The notes under the pieces were generated by a model that saw nothing but the letters and a program-made list of their open reading frames with translations, searched no databases and was not told where the DNA came from. This document shows, one piece after another, positions 18,648 to 28,710 of a DNA stretch of 47,192 nucleotides. Source of the DNA: Balanoglossus misakiensis (lineage: Eukaryota > Animalia > Hemichordata); assembly GCA_040954595.2 (NCBI GenBank), contig JBECUI020000060.1, positions 1 through 47,192 on the forward strand, read 5' to 3'. The position numbers and the translations under genes are program-made. Position 1 is the first letter of the stretch. Each line of letters begins with the position of its first letter.

Positions 18648-20390
18648 AATTTTTTCGAACCGCTCCGGAGACACAGCCCGCAACAGGCCTGAGCTTGCTG
18701 GCGGCACGCGAGCAAAAGCCATGGCAGCAAGACACTCGGCAACCCATGGCGCAAAGCTGAAGCCGCGCGACCCAAAACAACAGGCGATCAGGTAATCGGC
18801 ATGAGCCGGAACAACTCCGACAAGCGGCAGCCGGTCTGGCAGCGCGACCCTTGTCGAGGCTCGCGAGCGGCAAAATGAGCTATGTTCGGTTTCCGGGCGC
18901 AACTGGTACAGAGCCTGCAAGTTTTCGCCCCTGGCCATGGCGCTGATTTTGGCCGGTTGTCCCGGAGCCAGACGCTCAAAACCGGCGCCGCATATTAATT
19001 GCTGCTCCCATTGCAATGCGTAGCGATTATTCATGATCGCGCCAAAGCCGCTATCTGGGTGTTTTAGTGTTTCGACCTGTCCGGCAGTGAATTGGCAGGG
19101 ATAGTCTGGCAGGATGGCGTGGATTCCGGCACCGCAAGCAATGATGACCAGATCAGCAACGAGCTTGTCGCCGCGATCGGTAAGGATTGTCGGGCCTGGA
19201 CCTATCTCTATTCCCTTTCCGGCGATGATTTCGATGTCGGCGAGCCAGCTATCGAGCAAATGGCGCGGGCGGACCAGAAAAGCTGGCAGCAAGGCTTCAT
19301 TACCCTCGATGCGGAGCATGTCAGCAGGGAGCGGCGGATCAGCAGCAAGCCGATCAAAGCGTTTTTGCATTTTTGCATTATTGGCGATATGTCTGGCCTC
19401 GACCGGTCTTGCATAGTCCGGGCTGGCCGCAGCGAGCCAGCGCCTTGCCGCCAGAAACGAACCGAGCATCAGACGGGCAATATCGCCATCCAGCGCATCC
19501 AGCCGAGGCGCTATCAGTGCAAGATCATTGCCACTGGCTCCGCTTCCCGGGCCGGCCGCATCTAATATGCTCACCGCGCAGCCATGCTTGTGCAAGGCTC
19601 TGGCGCAAGCGGCTCCGGCTATTCCGGCACCGATGATCAAAGCCTTGCGCGGGCATGGGCTGGCTGGCTGGCTCTGCCCCGGAGCCATAGCTTCCAGACG
19701 GTCGCGCTTGCTGCCATGGCCGCGCTGCTTGCGAACGACAAAGCCGGCAGCTTCAAGGCCGCGCCTGACCATTCCAGCAGCGCTCCATGTGCCAAGCCGG
19801 GCACCAGGAGCCGATAATCGAGCCAGTTGGACAAATAGTTTTTCGTCCCACATTTGCGGGTTACGCGCCGGAGAAAAACCATCAAGAAACCAGGCATCCA
19901 CCCTTGCTACACATTCCGGCAAGGATCGCTCTATCTCGTCAAGCATGAGCGTCAGCACAAAATTCTCGCCCAGTTCCAGCCTGTGGACGCCTCTTATCGG
20001 CGGCGGCCAGTTCGCCAGTAGCCGGTCGGAAAAACTGGCAAGCTCTGGCCATGCCCGATGCGCCCGCCGCGCCTGATCGGGGAGCAATAATCTATTGTCA
20101 AAGCTCACCATATCCAGCACAGCATCATTGTCGGAGCGATATTGCTGCCAGCATTGCATCAGCGCCAAAACCGTCAATCCACTGCCAAAGCCCAGCTCGC
20201 CAATACAATGATAATGCCTCTTGGAAGCAAAGCGCTCCGGTAGCCGACAAGCAGCCAAAAACACTTCTCTGGTTTCGGCCAGCCCGTCATCGCCGGAAAA
20301 ATAAATATCGCCATAGCGCGGACAAAACGGAATATCGCCTCGCCATTGCAACTCCGGATGCGCAATCAGGCGCCTTGTGTTATCATTCAT
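18624..20390 (-). CDS. mnmC: Bifunctional tRNA mnm5s2U34 biosynthesis protein
   Basis: YGDIYFS..DGLAE, GELGFGSGL, DAWFLDGFSPARNPQMW, then FAD-binding IIGAGIAG; start placed at MNDNTRR. Confidence 0.92.
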   Translation of the reverse strand: MNDNTRRLIAHPELQWRGDIPFCPRYGDIYFSGDDGLAETREVFLAACRLPERFASKRHYHCIGELGFGSGLTVLALMQCWQQYRSDNDAVLDMVSFDNRLLLPDQARRAHRAWPELASFSDRLLANWPPPIRGVHRLELGENFVLTLMLDEIERSLPECVARVDAWFLDGFSPARNPQMWDEKLFVQLARLSAPGARLGTWSAAGMVRRGLEAAGFVVRKQRGHGSKRDRLEAMAPGQSQPASPCPRKALIIGAGIAGAACARALHKHGCAVSILDAAGPGSGASGNDLALIAPRLDALDGDIARLMLGSFLAARRWLAAASPDYARPVEARHIANNAKMQKRFDRLAADPPLPADMLRIEGNEALLPAFLVRPRHLLDSWLADIEIIAGKGIEIGPGPTILTDRGDKLVADLVIIACGAGIHAILPDYPCQFTAGQVETLKHPDSGFGAIMNNRYALQWEQQLICGAGFERLAPGQPAKISAMARGENLQALYQLRPETEHSSFCRSRASTRVALPDRLPLVGVVPAHADYLIACCFGSRGFSFAPWVAECLAAMAFARVPPASSGLLRAVSPERFEKISANMSGL

Positions 20391-20473
20391 ACCAAGACAT
20401 GATTTTCTGCTCCACTTGACCTCGCCCCAATACCGGTTTTGCCTTGTGTAAATGATTCTGGCGCATTGGTAAT

Positions 20474-22429
20474 ATGATGAGCAAACAAAGCACAATGATC
20501 GCGGACTGGCAAAATACCGAATATACGGCGCGAGATATCGAGATACTCGAAGGACTGGAACCAGTACGCCGCCGCCCCGGCATGTATGTAGGCGGCACCG
20601 ATGACCGGGCCCTGCATCACCTGTTTGCCGAAATTTTGGATAATGCCATGGACGAAGCCATTTCGGGACATGCAAACCGTATCGATATTGCTCTGGATGG
20701 CGAGGGCTATTGCCAGGTCAGGGACAATGGGCGCGGGATTCCGATCGACCCACACCCGAAATTTCCTGATCGATCGGCGCTGGAAATCATCATGACGACG
20801 CTTCATGCAGGCGGCAAGTTTTCTGGCTCGGCCTATCGCAATGCCGGAGGACTTCATGGCGTCGGAGCCGCCGTGGTCAATGCCCTGTCCGAACATATGC
20901 TCGTCGAGGTGATCCGGGAACGACACACCTATCGACAAGAGTTTCGCCGCGGCAAGGCCGTCGGAGCGCTAACAATGATCGGCGCGGCTCCGAACCGGCG
21001 CGGCAGCAATATTCGTTTTCGTCCGGATCCGCAGATATTTGGCGATTTGCAGCTATCTGCGCCGCGAATGGAGCAAATGGCCAGAGCCAAAGCCTATCTG
21101 CATCGCGGCGTGACGATTAATTGGTCATGCTCTGCTCCCGGAGCCGAGGCCGTGGCCAGTTTCTGCTACCCGAACGGACTGGCCAGCATGATCGGAGAAC
21201 TGGCCAGAGAACGAAACCTCGTCGGACCCGGCATGTTCTGCGGACGCGAGGAAGACGGAACCGCCATTTGCGAATGGGCTATTTGCTGGAGCGCCAATGG
21301 CTTTGGCAACAGCGATAATATGATGCGCTCCTATTGCAATGCCGTGCCTACTCCTGAGGGCGGAACCCATGAGAGCGGGATGAAAAAAGCTCTGATCCGG
21401 GCGCTGAAAGCACATGCCTTGCGCTCTGGCAACAAAAAGGCCGAACGCATCACCGCCGACGATATTTGTGCCTCGGCCTGTATCTTGCTGTCGGTCTTTG
21501 TCCCCGAGCCGGAATTTGTCGGCCAAACCAAGGACCGATTAGTCTCTTTGGCAGCAGCGCGGCTGGTGGAAAAATCTCTTGGAGACCATCTCGATCACTG
21601 GCTCGCCAATGATCCGGCCAGAGCCGATGACTTGCTCGACTGGATCATCGCCCGCACCGATGAAAGACTAAAGAACAGGCGCGATCGGGAAATAGCTCGC
21701 AACAAGGCCGGACGCCGATTGCGCTTGCCAGGAAAGCTCGCCGATTGCTCCTGCCAGAGAGCCGAAGGAACCGAATTATTCATCGTCGAAGGCGATTCTG
21801 CCGGCGGCTCGGCCAAACAGGCTCGCGACCGCACTTGTCAGGCGATCTTGCCGCTCCGGGGCAAGATACTCAATGTCGCCAGCGCCGGAGCCGAAAAACT
21901 CGCAGCAAACCAGGAATTGCGCGACCTGACACAAGCTCTTGGCTGCGGCCTTGGCACCTCCTTCCGCCTCGAAGATCTGCGCTATGAGCGAATCATTATC
22001 ATGACCGATGCCGATATTGATGGCGCTCATATCGCCGCATTATTGATCACTTTCTTCTTTCGCCAGACACCAGGACTGATCGAAGCCGGAAAATTGTTTC
22101 TGGCGCAACCGCCTCTATACAAGATCAGCTCCGGGAGCCTGTCCTGCTTCGCCAGCGACGACGCCGACAAGGAAAAATTGCTGAAAACCATGTTCAAAGG
22201 CAAAAAAAAGATCGAAATAAGCCGCTTCAAAGGACTGGGAGAAATGATGTCCACCCAACTGAAAACTACCACCATGGCCAAAGAGACGCGCTCATTGGCC
22301 CGGATCAGCCTGTCCTCCGGCCATGAACGCGCCGAACAATTACTCAATACGCTGATGGGGAAAAAACCAGAGCCGCGATTCCGCTATATTCAAGACAATG
22401 CTTGTTTCAATAAACATATCGACATATAA
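20474..22429 (+). CDS. parE: DNA topoisomerase IV subunit B
   Basis: LEGLEPVRRRPGMY, EGDSAGG, PLRGKILN, MTDADIDG; 651 aa ending RFRYIQDNA, lacking the proteobacterial GyrB insertion. Confidence 0.93.
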   Translation: MMSKQSTMIADWQNTEYTARDIEILEGLEPVRRRPGMYVGGTDDRALHHLFAEILDNAMDEAISGHANRIDIALDGEGYCQVRDNGRGIPIDPHPKFPDRSALEIIMTTLHAGGKFSGSAYRNAGGLHGVGAAVVNALSEHMLVEVIRERHTYRQEFRRGKAVGALTMIGAAPNRRGSNIRFRPDPQIFGDLQLSAPRMEQMARAKAYLHRGVTINWSCSAPGAEAVASFCYPNGLASMIGELARERNLVGPGMFCGREEDGTAICEWAICWSANGFGNSDNMMRSYCNAVPTPEGGTHESGMKKALIRALKAHALRSGNKKAERITADDICASACILLSVFVPEPEFVGQTKDRLVSLAAARLVEKSLGDHLDHWLANDPARADDLLDWIIARTDERLKNRRDREIARNKAGRRLRLPGKLADCSCQRAEGTELFIVEGDSAGGSAKQARDRTCQAILPLRGKILNVASAGAEKLAANQELRDLTQALGCGLGTSFRLEDLRYERIIIMTDADIDGAHIAALLITFFFRQTPGLIEAGKLFLAQPPLYKISSGSLSCFASDDADKEKLLKTMFKGKKKIEISRFKGLGEMMSTQLKTTTMAKETRSLARISLSSGHERAEQLLNTLMGKKPEPRFRYIQDNACFNKHIDI

Positions 22430-22440
22430 GAGCTTGTTTG

Positions 22441-22482
22441 CTAAATCATGAGCATATATATCTAAATCATGAGCAGATATAT
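22441..22482. repeat. 21-bp tandem duplication just after the parE stop
   Basis: CTAAATCATGAGCATATATAT then CTAAATCATGAGCAGATATAT. Confidence 0.85.
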
Positions 22483-22520
22483 TAATTTGCCCTTCTGGAA
22501 CATGCTATCGTGACTACTAT

Positions 22521-23834
22521 ATGAATTTTGAGGAATTTTGCCTGGCCCCGGAATTGCTACGAGCTATCAAAGAGGTCGGGTATAGCAAAGCTACGCCTAT
22601 TCAGGAAGCCGCCATACCTATAGCTCTGGCCGGACGCGATATTACCGGTATCGCTCAGACCGGCACCGGAAAAACCGCCGCTTTCGTGCTACCCATGATC
22701 GATAAATTATCGCGAGGTCGCACCAGAGCCAGAATGCCCAGATCGCTGGTGCTGGAACCAACCCGGGAATTGGCCGCACAGGTCTCGGAAAGCTTCTCCA
22801 GATACGGAGCGCATTACCGGCTAAACAAGGTGCTGCTGATCGGAGGCGTAGCCTTCGGCGAACAGGACCAGGGACTGAAACGCGGCGCCGATGTGCTGAT
22901 CGCAACTCCAGGACGGCTGATCGATATGCTTGAGCGCGGCAAAGTGCTGCTCACCGGTATCGAGATGCTGGTCGTCGATGAAGCCGACAGAATGCTCGAT
23001 ATGGGCTTCATCCCCGATATCGAGAAAATTTGTCGGCTCCTGCCCAAAAAGCGCCAATCGCTGCTGTTCTCGGCAACCATGCCTCCGGAGATAGCTCGAC
23101 TGGCCGGACAATTCCAGTCCGATCCGCATCTGATCGAAATCGATAGGCCATCTACTGCTGCCACGACCATAACTCAATATGCCGTCCATGCCGATTCCGA
23201 CGACAAAAATGAGCGAAAAGACATATTGCGCCAAATATTAAGCGCATCACAAGTAACCAATGGCATAGTATTTTGTAACCGCAAGCGCGAGGTCGATATG
23301 GTCGCCGATTCCTTGCGCAAACACGGACTAAACGCCAGCGCAATACATGGCGATATGCCACAATCGGCTCGAACCAAAACAATGGATCAATTCAGAAAAG
23401 GCGAATTAAGCTTGCTTATTGCCTCTGATGTAGCGGCTCGCGGTCTTGACATCGCCGAAGTCAGCCATGTCTTTAATTTTGCTCCGCCGCCCAATCCAGA
23501 CGACTATATACACCGCATCGGACGCACCGGACGAGCCGGACGAAAAGGGCAAAGCTATACCATAATCGCTCCCGAAGACGCCAAAAACTGGCAGGCGGTG
23601 ATCGACAAAATCAACCCGGATATATCCATCTGGAATGCCGAAAAAACCGCCACCCCACAGAGCAAAAACAGCTCCCCACAGAGCAAAAAAATTCGGAAAA
23701 ACAGCAATAAACCTCAAAAACCCGACAATATTGCTGCCGATTCTGCTCCAGTTCGAGGTCTTGGCTCACATATTCCGGACTTTTTCACTACTCCCCTGTC
23801 CTTCAGCCAAGAAAAAACCGCCAGACAACAATGA
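22521..23834 (+). CDS. DEAD-box RNA helicase (RhlE-like)
   Basis: Q motif, AQTGTGKT, PTRELA, DEAD, SAT, HRIGRTGRAG. Confidence 0.96.
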   Translation: MNFEEFCLAPELLRAIKEVGYSKATPIQEAAIPIALAGRDITGIAQTGTGKTAAFVLPMIDKLSRGRTRARMPRSLVLEPTRELAAQVSESFSRYGAHYRLNKVLLIGGVAFGEQDQGLKRGADVLIATPGRLIDMLERGKVLLTGIEMLVVDEADRMLDMGFIPDIEKICRLLPKKRQSLLFSATMPPEIARLAGQFQSDPHLIEIDRPSTAATTITQYAVHADSDDKNERKDILRQILSASQVTNGIVFCNRKREVDMVADSLRKHGLNASAIHGDMPQSARTKTMDQFRKGELSLLIASDVAARGLDIAEVSHVFNFAPPPNPDDYIHRIGRTGRAGRKGQSYTIIAPEDAKNWQAVIDKINPDISIWNAEKTATPQSKNSSPQSKKIRKNSNKPQKPDNIAADSAPVRGLGSHIPDFFTTPLSFSQEKTARQQ

Positions 23835-24136
23835 AAGCCATCATCTATCGTCAAAACAAATCGGCCATGCAGTCCGGACGCGCCAACTCCAATCAGTGGA
23901 AGCTCAAAATCTCCACAGCGCCGCATAGCCGCCACACCGACCCGCTAACCGGACATGATAGCGGCCCAAGCTCACTCTTCCCGCTGACCTTCCCCGATCC
24001 AGACTCCGCCATAGCATATGCTACCGCCAATGGACTAGATTACCGCCTCTGCGACCCCCTTAAAGAGCAAATCCGCAAGCAAAAATCATACGCCGATAAT
24101 TTCTCAGCCAGACGCAAAACACCCTGGACGCATTAA
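23831..24136 (+). CDS. ETC complex I subunit (NDUFS4-like) protein
   Basis: IY...KSAMQSG, DPLTG, L.F....AIAYA, KSYADNF...R..PWTH. Confidence 0.88.
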   Translation: MKAIIYRQNKSAMQSGRANSNQWKLKISTAPHSRHTDPLTGHDSGPSSLFPLTFPDPDSAIAYATANGLDYRLCDPLKEQIRKQKSYADNFSARRKTPWTH

Positions 24137-24201
24137 CGCGCAGCATTAAATTGCGCAGCGATAAACCGCGTGGCAATAAATCGCCCAGCATTAAATTGCC
24201 C
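24128..24201. repeat. Degenerate ~15-bp tandem repeats derived from the gene stop region
   Basis: ACGCATTAACGCG, CAGCATTAAATTGCG, CAGCGATAAACCGCG, TGGCAATAAATCGCC, CAGCATTAAATTGCC. Confidence 0.65.
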
Positions 24202-24220
24202 TTTTGCCGCTCAAGATAAA

Positions 24221-24248
24221 TTGCATCTGACTAATTTGTCTGTATCAT
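24221..24248 (+). promoter_or_regulatory. Putative sigma70 promoter of the tRNA
   Basis: TTGCAT-N16-TATCAT ending 8 nt before the first tRNA 5' copy. Confidence 0.45.
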
Positions 24249-24256
24249 CAGCAATG

Positions 24257-24307
24257 GGCCCCGTAGCTCAACTGGCCCCGTAGCTCAACTGGCCCCGTAG
24301 CTCAACT
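24257..24307 (+). repeat. Triplicated 17-nt tRNA 5' end
   Basis: GGCCCCGTAGCTCAACT exactly three times at 24257, 24274 and 24291. Confidence 0.95.
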
Positions 24308-24367
24308 GGATAGAGCACCTGCCTTCTAAGCAGGTTGTTGCAGGTTCGAGTCCTGCCGGGGTCGCCA
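24291..24367 (+). tRNA. tRNA-Arg(TCT)
   Basis: Acceptor GGCCCCG/CGGGGTC, anticodon arm CCTGC-CTTCTAA-GCAGG, GGTTCGAGTCC T-arm, encoded CCA. Confidence 0.97.
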
Positions 24368-26890
24368 CCTCCTTCCACGAGGCCGCCGCCTCCACGAGGC
24401 CGCAGGCTCACCAGCACTATCCGACAAATCTTCCTGATCGTCCTCAAGACCGGCAACGCTCTCGATCATTGGCAGAAGCACCGAGGCTATGGCACTACTG
24501 GCCGCCTGCGCAAAATCAGCAACATTGACCTCCACATCAGGGAAATCCTCCGAGTGATGCTTCTCATCCATAAGTTGGCGTTGATGCAATATCGAAAGAC
24601 CTACAAATACCAAAGCCATCTGAAATTTTAATTTCTGTTTGCTTGCCTCACTTGACCGGTTAGCCAGAAAATTCTGGAGAAATATATTATCATCATTGAT
24701 CAGATAATCATATTGCTCTGAGCCTGGCTTTCGCTGGAGACGCAAGGCAGTGTATTTGTTAAAAGGTGGATCATGCTTGTCCCATTCAGCCTTCTCAACA
24801 AAAACAGGTTGAGGCGGATCCAAATAGCTCGGTTGTTGCTTTTTGCGATCATTAGCTGCACCATCCGTGCCTGAAGACATATTGTCTATATTGCCTTTTC
24901 TATTTCCTGTCGGTGATGATGAACTCTTTATTTCCTGCTTTATGTTCAGCCGAAAGAAATTCTCAATGGCATCTACTCGGCTTGCATCCATCAAGCTGGC
25001 TTTTAGCTCGATCTCATCGCCTATCTGTGCGTCCTCTGGAAGGCTAAAAGTCAGATGCGCTATGCCATTATACAGATTGGGAGTCTGAAAATTCTGCGCC
25101 AATTGCCACTCCGAATCACTCCGGATATATAGCTCAAACTGCCCTGGCTCTTCCTCACGGCGAAAATACTCATTCTCGGCATTGGTCTCAAACTCAATGC
25201 GACAATTCGTATTCAAATGAGCATTGCGGACAAGCTCAAACCCAGCCTCTTTCCCCGGAAACCGGAAATAATACGGAAAACGCTGCCCCGAGAATGAAGC
25301 TTCACCACCACCGCCATTGCCAGTCAGAGGCTTATGCGGATCCCTGATCCTACCGCCCATGCCAAGCAATTTGGCAATGTCCGGATTATTGACGACCAAT
25401 TTGCCAATAATATCAGCAATTTTCTTGCTATTTGCTGTTTTGCTGGCTATTTCGCGCCTTCGCCTTTCATTTGCCAGCTCGCGAAGCTCCCTATGCTTGG
25501 CGACCATGTCTTCAAGGTTTTCTTCAAGCTTTTGTTTCAGCTTCTTGTCGCGGAGCCGGTCGCGGCTATTCATAAACAAGTCTTCATGAGCACGATTCCT
25601 AATCACGCTACAATCAACAATCATAAGTAATGAATGCCAAAGATAATCTTGCTTGACGCTCTTTCTACGGAAAAAATCCTTGGTTAAGGTAGCATGACTT
25701 TGCCCATTGTAAGAAAAAACAACGCCTTCATCTTTTCTGTAATTGTCAGCTGCCATCTTGTTTTTGAACAAGAATAAATGTGTCGTAAATTTTTCACCTT
25801 CAACATAAATATCTTGTTTGTTGTACCATTCTACATTATCCCTGGAGTTATGGTAATAATCATCAAGCAATGTTCGCATCAGCCCAACCATGCTTATGTC
25901 AAAGCTGCTCTTGCCTCCGCGATACCCTGTACGACATTCGTGAAGTCGGATTGGCAGGGCTGGCTCGGGGAGCAAGACTCTCACTCTTTCCAATAAGCCA
26001 CCTCCCCGCATAATATGTCCCCTGAAACGTCTGGCCTCATATTCATATAATTTGAATAAAGTCCCCCATTCCGCTTCTCTGGCATAGGCTTCGTTCCGTT
26101 CGGGGAAAATTGGCATCGTGTCAGCATTAAATGACAAAAGCTCGCCTTCCTTGCTGTCCTCAAACGGCAAAAGACCATTATTTCCTTCGGCTCGGACCGG
26201 CGCGAGATAGACGAATTTGCTGGTGCTGCCTTCTGTTTCCGGATCATCACGGCGGATGATGGTAAAGCTCCATTTATCGGCACAAGCATCGCTGCCATCA
26301 AGCAAGTCAGGACGGCGCTTGCTAAGAACAAGCTGGACATTCCGCTCTTTCCCGCAAAATTCGAGCACTCCGGTGCCACCCATATTGAACTTCCCCTGGA
26401 CAAAGCATATACGCTGCTTATTGCCAGCATGAAGCGACAAAATAGTATTGTGCATAGATCGGGGCGACTGACCTTCTCCGTCATCGACAATGGTAAAAGA
26501 TGGCCTAGTGCGGCCTCCGGTAGCGCAAACACAGATAGATCGCGACAATTTTTCCGTGTTTTTGAGAGCTTCGCCAAAAAATTGCTGCCGAGCCTTGCCC
26601 ATGGAAACAGGCGCATGAGCAGATTTGGGATCAATGCCTCGAACTTTGCACTCAGCTATCAGCTTGCTGTCGATGGCATTGATCAATTTCTCAATCACGG
26701 CCTGTTCGGCGCGGCTCTGCTGGTTGCCGACAGATGAGTAATTGTTCGGATTATCTCCCAGCGGACGCCAATTATCATTATCGTCCCAAAGATTGGCCTG
26801 AAGCAAAATCCTTATGACCTCGTCCTCGGTATCAGCACGAAGAAGAGCCAGACAAAGCCGCTTTGGGTCAATATTGACCACGATAATCAC
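24326..26890 (-). CDS. Large GHKL (MORC/HATPase-like) ATPase of unknown function, probably horizontally acquired
   Basis: EKLINAID (N box), DDGEGQ (G1), GKFNMGG (G2); visibly more AT-rich than its neighbours; abuts the tRNA 3' end. Confidence 0.75.
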   Translation of the reverse strand: MIIVVNIDPKRLCLALLRADTEDEVIRILLQANLWDDNDNWRPLGDNPNNYSSVGNQQSRAEQAVIEKLINAIDSKLIAECKVRGIDPKSAHAPVSMGKARQQFFGEALKNTEKLSRSICVCATGGRTRPSFTIVDDGEGQSPRSMHNTILSLHAGNKQRICFVQGKFNMGGTGVLEFCGKERNVQLVLSKRRPDLLDGSDACADKWSFTIIRRDDPETEGSTSKFVYLAPVRAEGNNGLLPFEDSKEGELLSFNADTMPIFPERNEAYAREAEWGTLFKLYEYEARRFRGHIMRGGGLLERVRVLLPEPALPIRLHECRTGYRGGKSSFDISMVGLMRTLLDDYYHNSRDNVEWYNKQDIYVEGEKFTTHLFLFKNKMAADNYRKDEGVVFSYNGQSHATLTKDFFRRKSVKQDYLWHSLLMIVDCSVIRNRAHEDLFMNSRDRLRDKKLKQKLEENLEDMVAKHRELRELANERRRREIASKTANSKKIADIIGKLVVNNPDIAKLLGMGGRIRDPHKPLTGNGGGGEASFSGQRFPYYFRFPGKEAGFELVRNAHLNTNCRIEFETNAENEYFRREEEPGQFELYIRSDSEWQLAQNFQTPNLYNGIAHLTFSLPEDAQIGDEIELKASLMDASRVDAIENFFRLNIKQEIKSSSSPTGNRKGNIDNMSSGTDGAANDRKKQQPSYLDPPQPVFVEKAEWDKHDPPFNKYTALRLQRKPGSEQYDYLINDDNIFLQNFLANRSSEASKQKLKFQMALVFVGLSILHQRQLMDEKHHSEDFPDVEVNVADFAQAASSAIASVLLPMIESVAGLEDDQEDLSDSAGEPAASWRRRPRGRRWRPRQDSNLQQPA

Positions 26891-27081
26891 CTGACAAGCT
26901 CAATATTGAGAAACCAGAATCAGCCTCATCAACCACAGCATCCAGAGCCTTATCCCCTCCCGGCTCTTTGTGTTCTTGCGCATACAACATGGATTCATAC
27001 TCCACACCAAACAAACACCAAGAATAAGCCTGTTATGGTTACAGAATCAACCTAACTTTAAATATTGCAATAAAAACGCTC

Positions 27082-27639
27082 TTAGCTCGGGCAGGACGGC
27101 GTGTCAGCATGAAACACCGACACAATCTGACGAGACATAAGCCTCTCTGTAATCTGAGAAAGACTACTCCCTACAAAAGGAGAGCTGTATTTACTACTTA
27201 TCTCTGCCACCACCACCGGCCCTGTCTCTTCTATATTTACACCCAAGGCTTCAGGGTCAGGGTCCGCCAGCCCCAAAGAGCCAATACTGCACAGAACACT
27301 AATGCCACTGCTGCTATCCTTGGCAACTATAGAAAGCTTGTACAAATATTCCTGCTTCCAATCGCTCGCATTGTTCACCTTGCCCTTGGGAAACATCAAG
27401 GCATTGGCAATATTATCCAGCTTGGCCAGATCAAGATCATCGCCGGCAGAATAAGATGCACCTATCTCGGCAATCGCATTGGCTGCCTGCGATACCTTTC
27501 TGACCTCCGATACCAGCAAATATAGCTCCGAACAGCCAATCAAAATCATGAACAATAATGGCAGGCTAAGAGCAAATTCTATACTGGAAGCACCTCCCCT
27601 GCCTCCACGCAAACCAGCTTGATGCTCGCAAAGCTTCAT
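27082..27639 (-). CDS. TadE/TadG-family pilus assembly protein
   Basis: GASSIEFALSLP pseudopilin motif plus TM; VVVAEI...YS. Confidence 0.85.
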   Translation of the reverse strand: MKLCEHQAGLRGGRGGASSIEFALSLPLLFMILIGCSELYLLVSEVRKVSQAANAIAEIGASYSAGDDLDLAKLDNIANALMFPKGKVNNASDWKQEYLYKLSIVAKDSSSGISVLCSIGSLGLADPDPEALGVNIEETGPVVVAEISSKYSSPFVGSSLSQITERLMSRQIVSVFHADTPSCPS

Positions 27640-28136
27640 TCGCCAAGCACCGCTATATTGGCTCCGCTAATGACGCGCACCGCGCCCAGATTGGCAAAAC
27701 CGCCAAGCAATGGCGAGGAAATACTATAAGCCACATAAGAACGAATAAGTGCAATGTCTCCCGGAGCAAGTGAATTATCGATCGAAGCCGAAAAACCTGT
27801 ACCGGCTCCAAAAGCCAGATTGCCATCCGTGTTGAATATCCCTGTATACATATCGTCGGTAACAGGCTCGATCTGCAAATTTACCCGAGTTTCACAATTA
27901 GCTACCCAAGCCGAGCCACAAAATGTATTTCGTAACTCACCGGCTGGGGTATCTTTGTCAATTTCGCCGATCCTGATCTGTCTGGCTATGTCATTATTAG
28001 CATTATGCACCGCCGCATCCAGCATGAACATGATGCCAATCTCGATCAGGCTCAGCAAAACCAGAAAGAAAGGCACCGCGATTATAGCAAATTCCGTCGC
28101 GGCCGCTCCGCCTGTCATTGAGCCAAATTTACGCAT
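27636..28136 (-). CDS. TadE-family pseudopilin
   Basis: GAAATEFAIIAVPF, ARQIRIGE, LR..FC...VANC. Confidence 0.88.
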   Translation of the reverse strand: MRKFGSMTGGAAATEFAIIAVPFFLVLLSLIEIGIMFMLDAAVHNANNDIARQIRIGEIDKDTPAGELRNTFCGSAWVANCETRVNLQIEPVTDDMYTGIFNTDGNLAFGAGTGFSASIDNSLAPGDIALIRSYVAYSISSPLLGGFANLGAVRVISGANIAVLGE

Positions 28137-28176
28137 TTTGCTCTTGCTCCTATGGCAAGGAACCCGATACTCGCAA

Positions 28177-28569
28177 CTAAGGCTTCAGCTTGGAAGGATT
28201 TAGCTTGCGACATTTGCCGATGCAAATTAAGTCCTCTTCCTCTCCGGGGCGGACAATCGTCACTTCCCTTGCATTGTTCCTGGTCACAGCCAGATCAAGC
28301 TGGCGCATGATTGAACCATTATTGTCCAGCACTGTCATCTGAGTCGAGCCATAAACCTTGCCCGTCAGCAATAATGTTCTGGTGTCGTGCATGGCTACTG
28401 AAACTATCGCCGGATTGCCGATGACTATGCCTCCGGCTGGCTCCGGCAGCTTATAGACACGGGTCTTGTCGACGCCAATTCGCATCAATGGTGCCGCCTC
28501 GGCTGGCAATAGCGCCGGAAACACCAGCCCAATTACCCCGATCAAGAAAAAAAATGCTCTTGGCTTCAT
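28177..28569 (-). CDS. Pilus assembly protein, secretin N-terminal-like domain (CpaI-like)
   Basis: Signal peptide, IVIGNPAIV.V, LLLTGK.YG.T, C-terminal C...C. Confidence 0.85.
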   Translation of the reverse strand: MKPRAFFFLIGVIGLVFPALLPAEAAPLMRIGVDKTRVYKLPEPAGGIVIGNPAIVSVAMHDTRTLLLTGKVYGSTQMTVLDNNGSIMRQLDLAVTRNNAREVTIVRPGEEEDLICIGKCRKLNPSKLKP

Positions 28570-28710
28570 TACTATGCGCTCCTCTTACCAATAACCAGTA
28601 TAAGGACAAAAATGCTGAATTAAAAACTAATTTGTCGAAAAGCTGGCCACAAAATTCGGACGAAAACCAGCCAAATGCACTTTAGCCAAATAGACCAAGG
28701 CCAAATAGAC

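Noticed and set aside
20391-20675. Long N-terminal extensions of MnmC (and of TolC at 35799-36056)
   Set aside because: They overlap parE and leuC respectively; downstream ATGs give family-typical starts
22441-22482. Operator for the NAD regulator
   Set aside because: A direct repeat rather than a full palindrome, and not next to NAD genes; fits the general duplication pattern
24291-27080. Intact integrative element or prophage at tRNA-Arg
   Set aside because: No integrase and no second copy of the tRNA 3' end found
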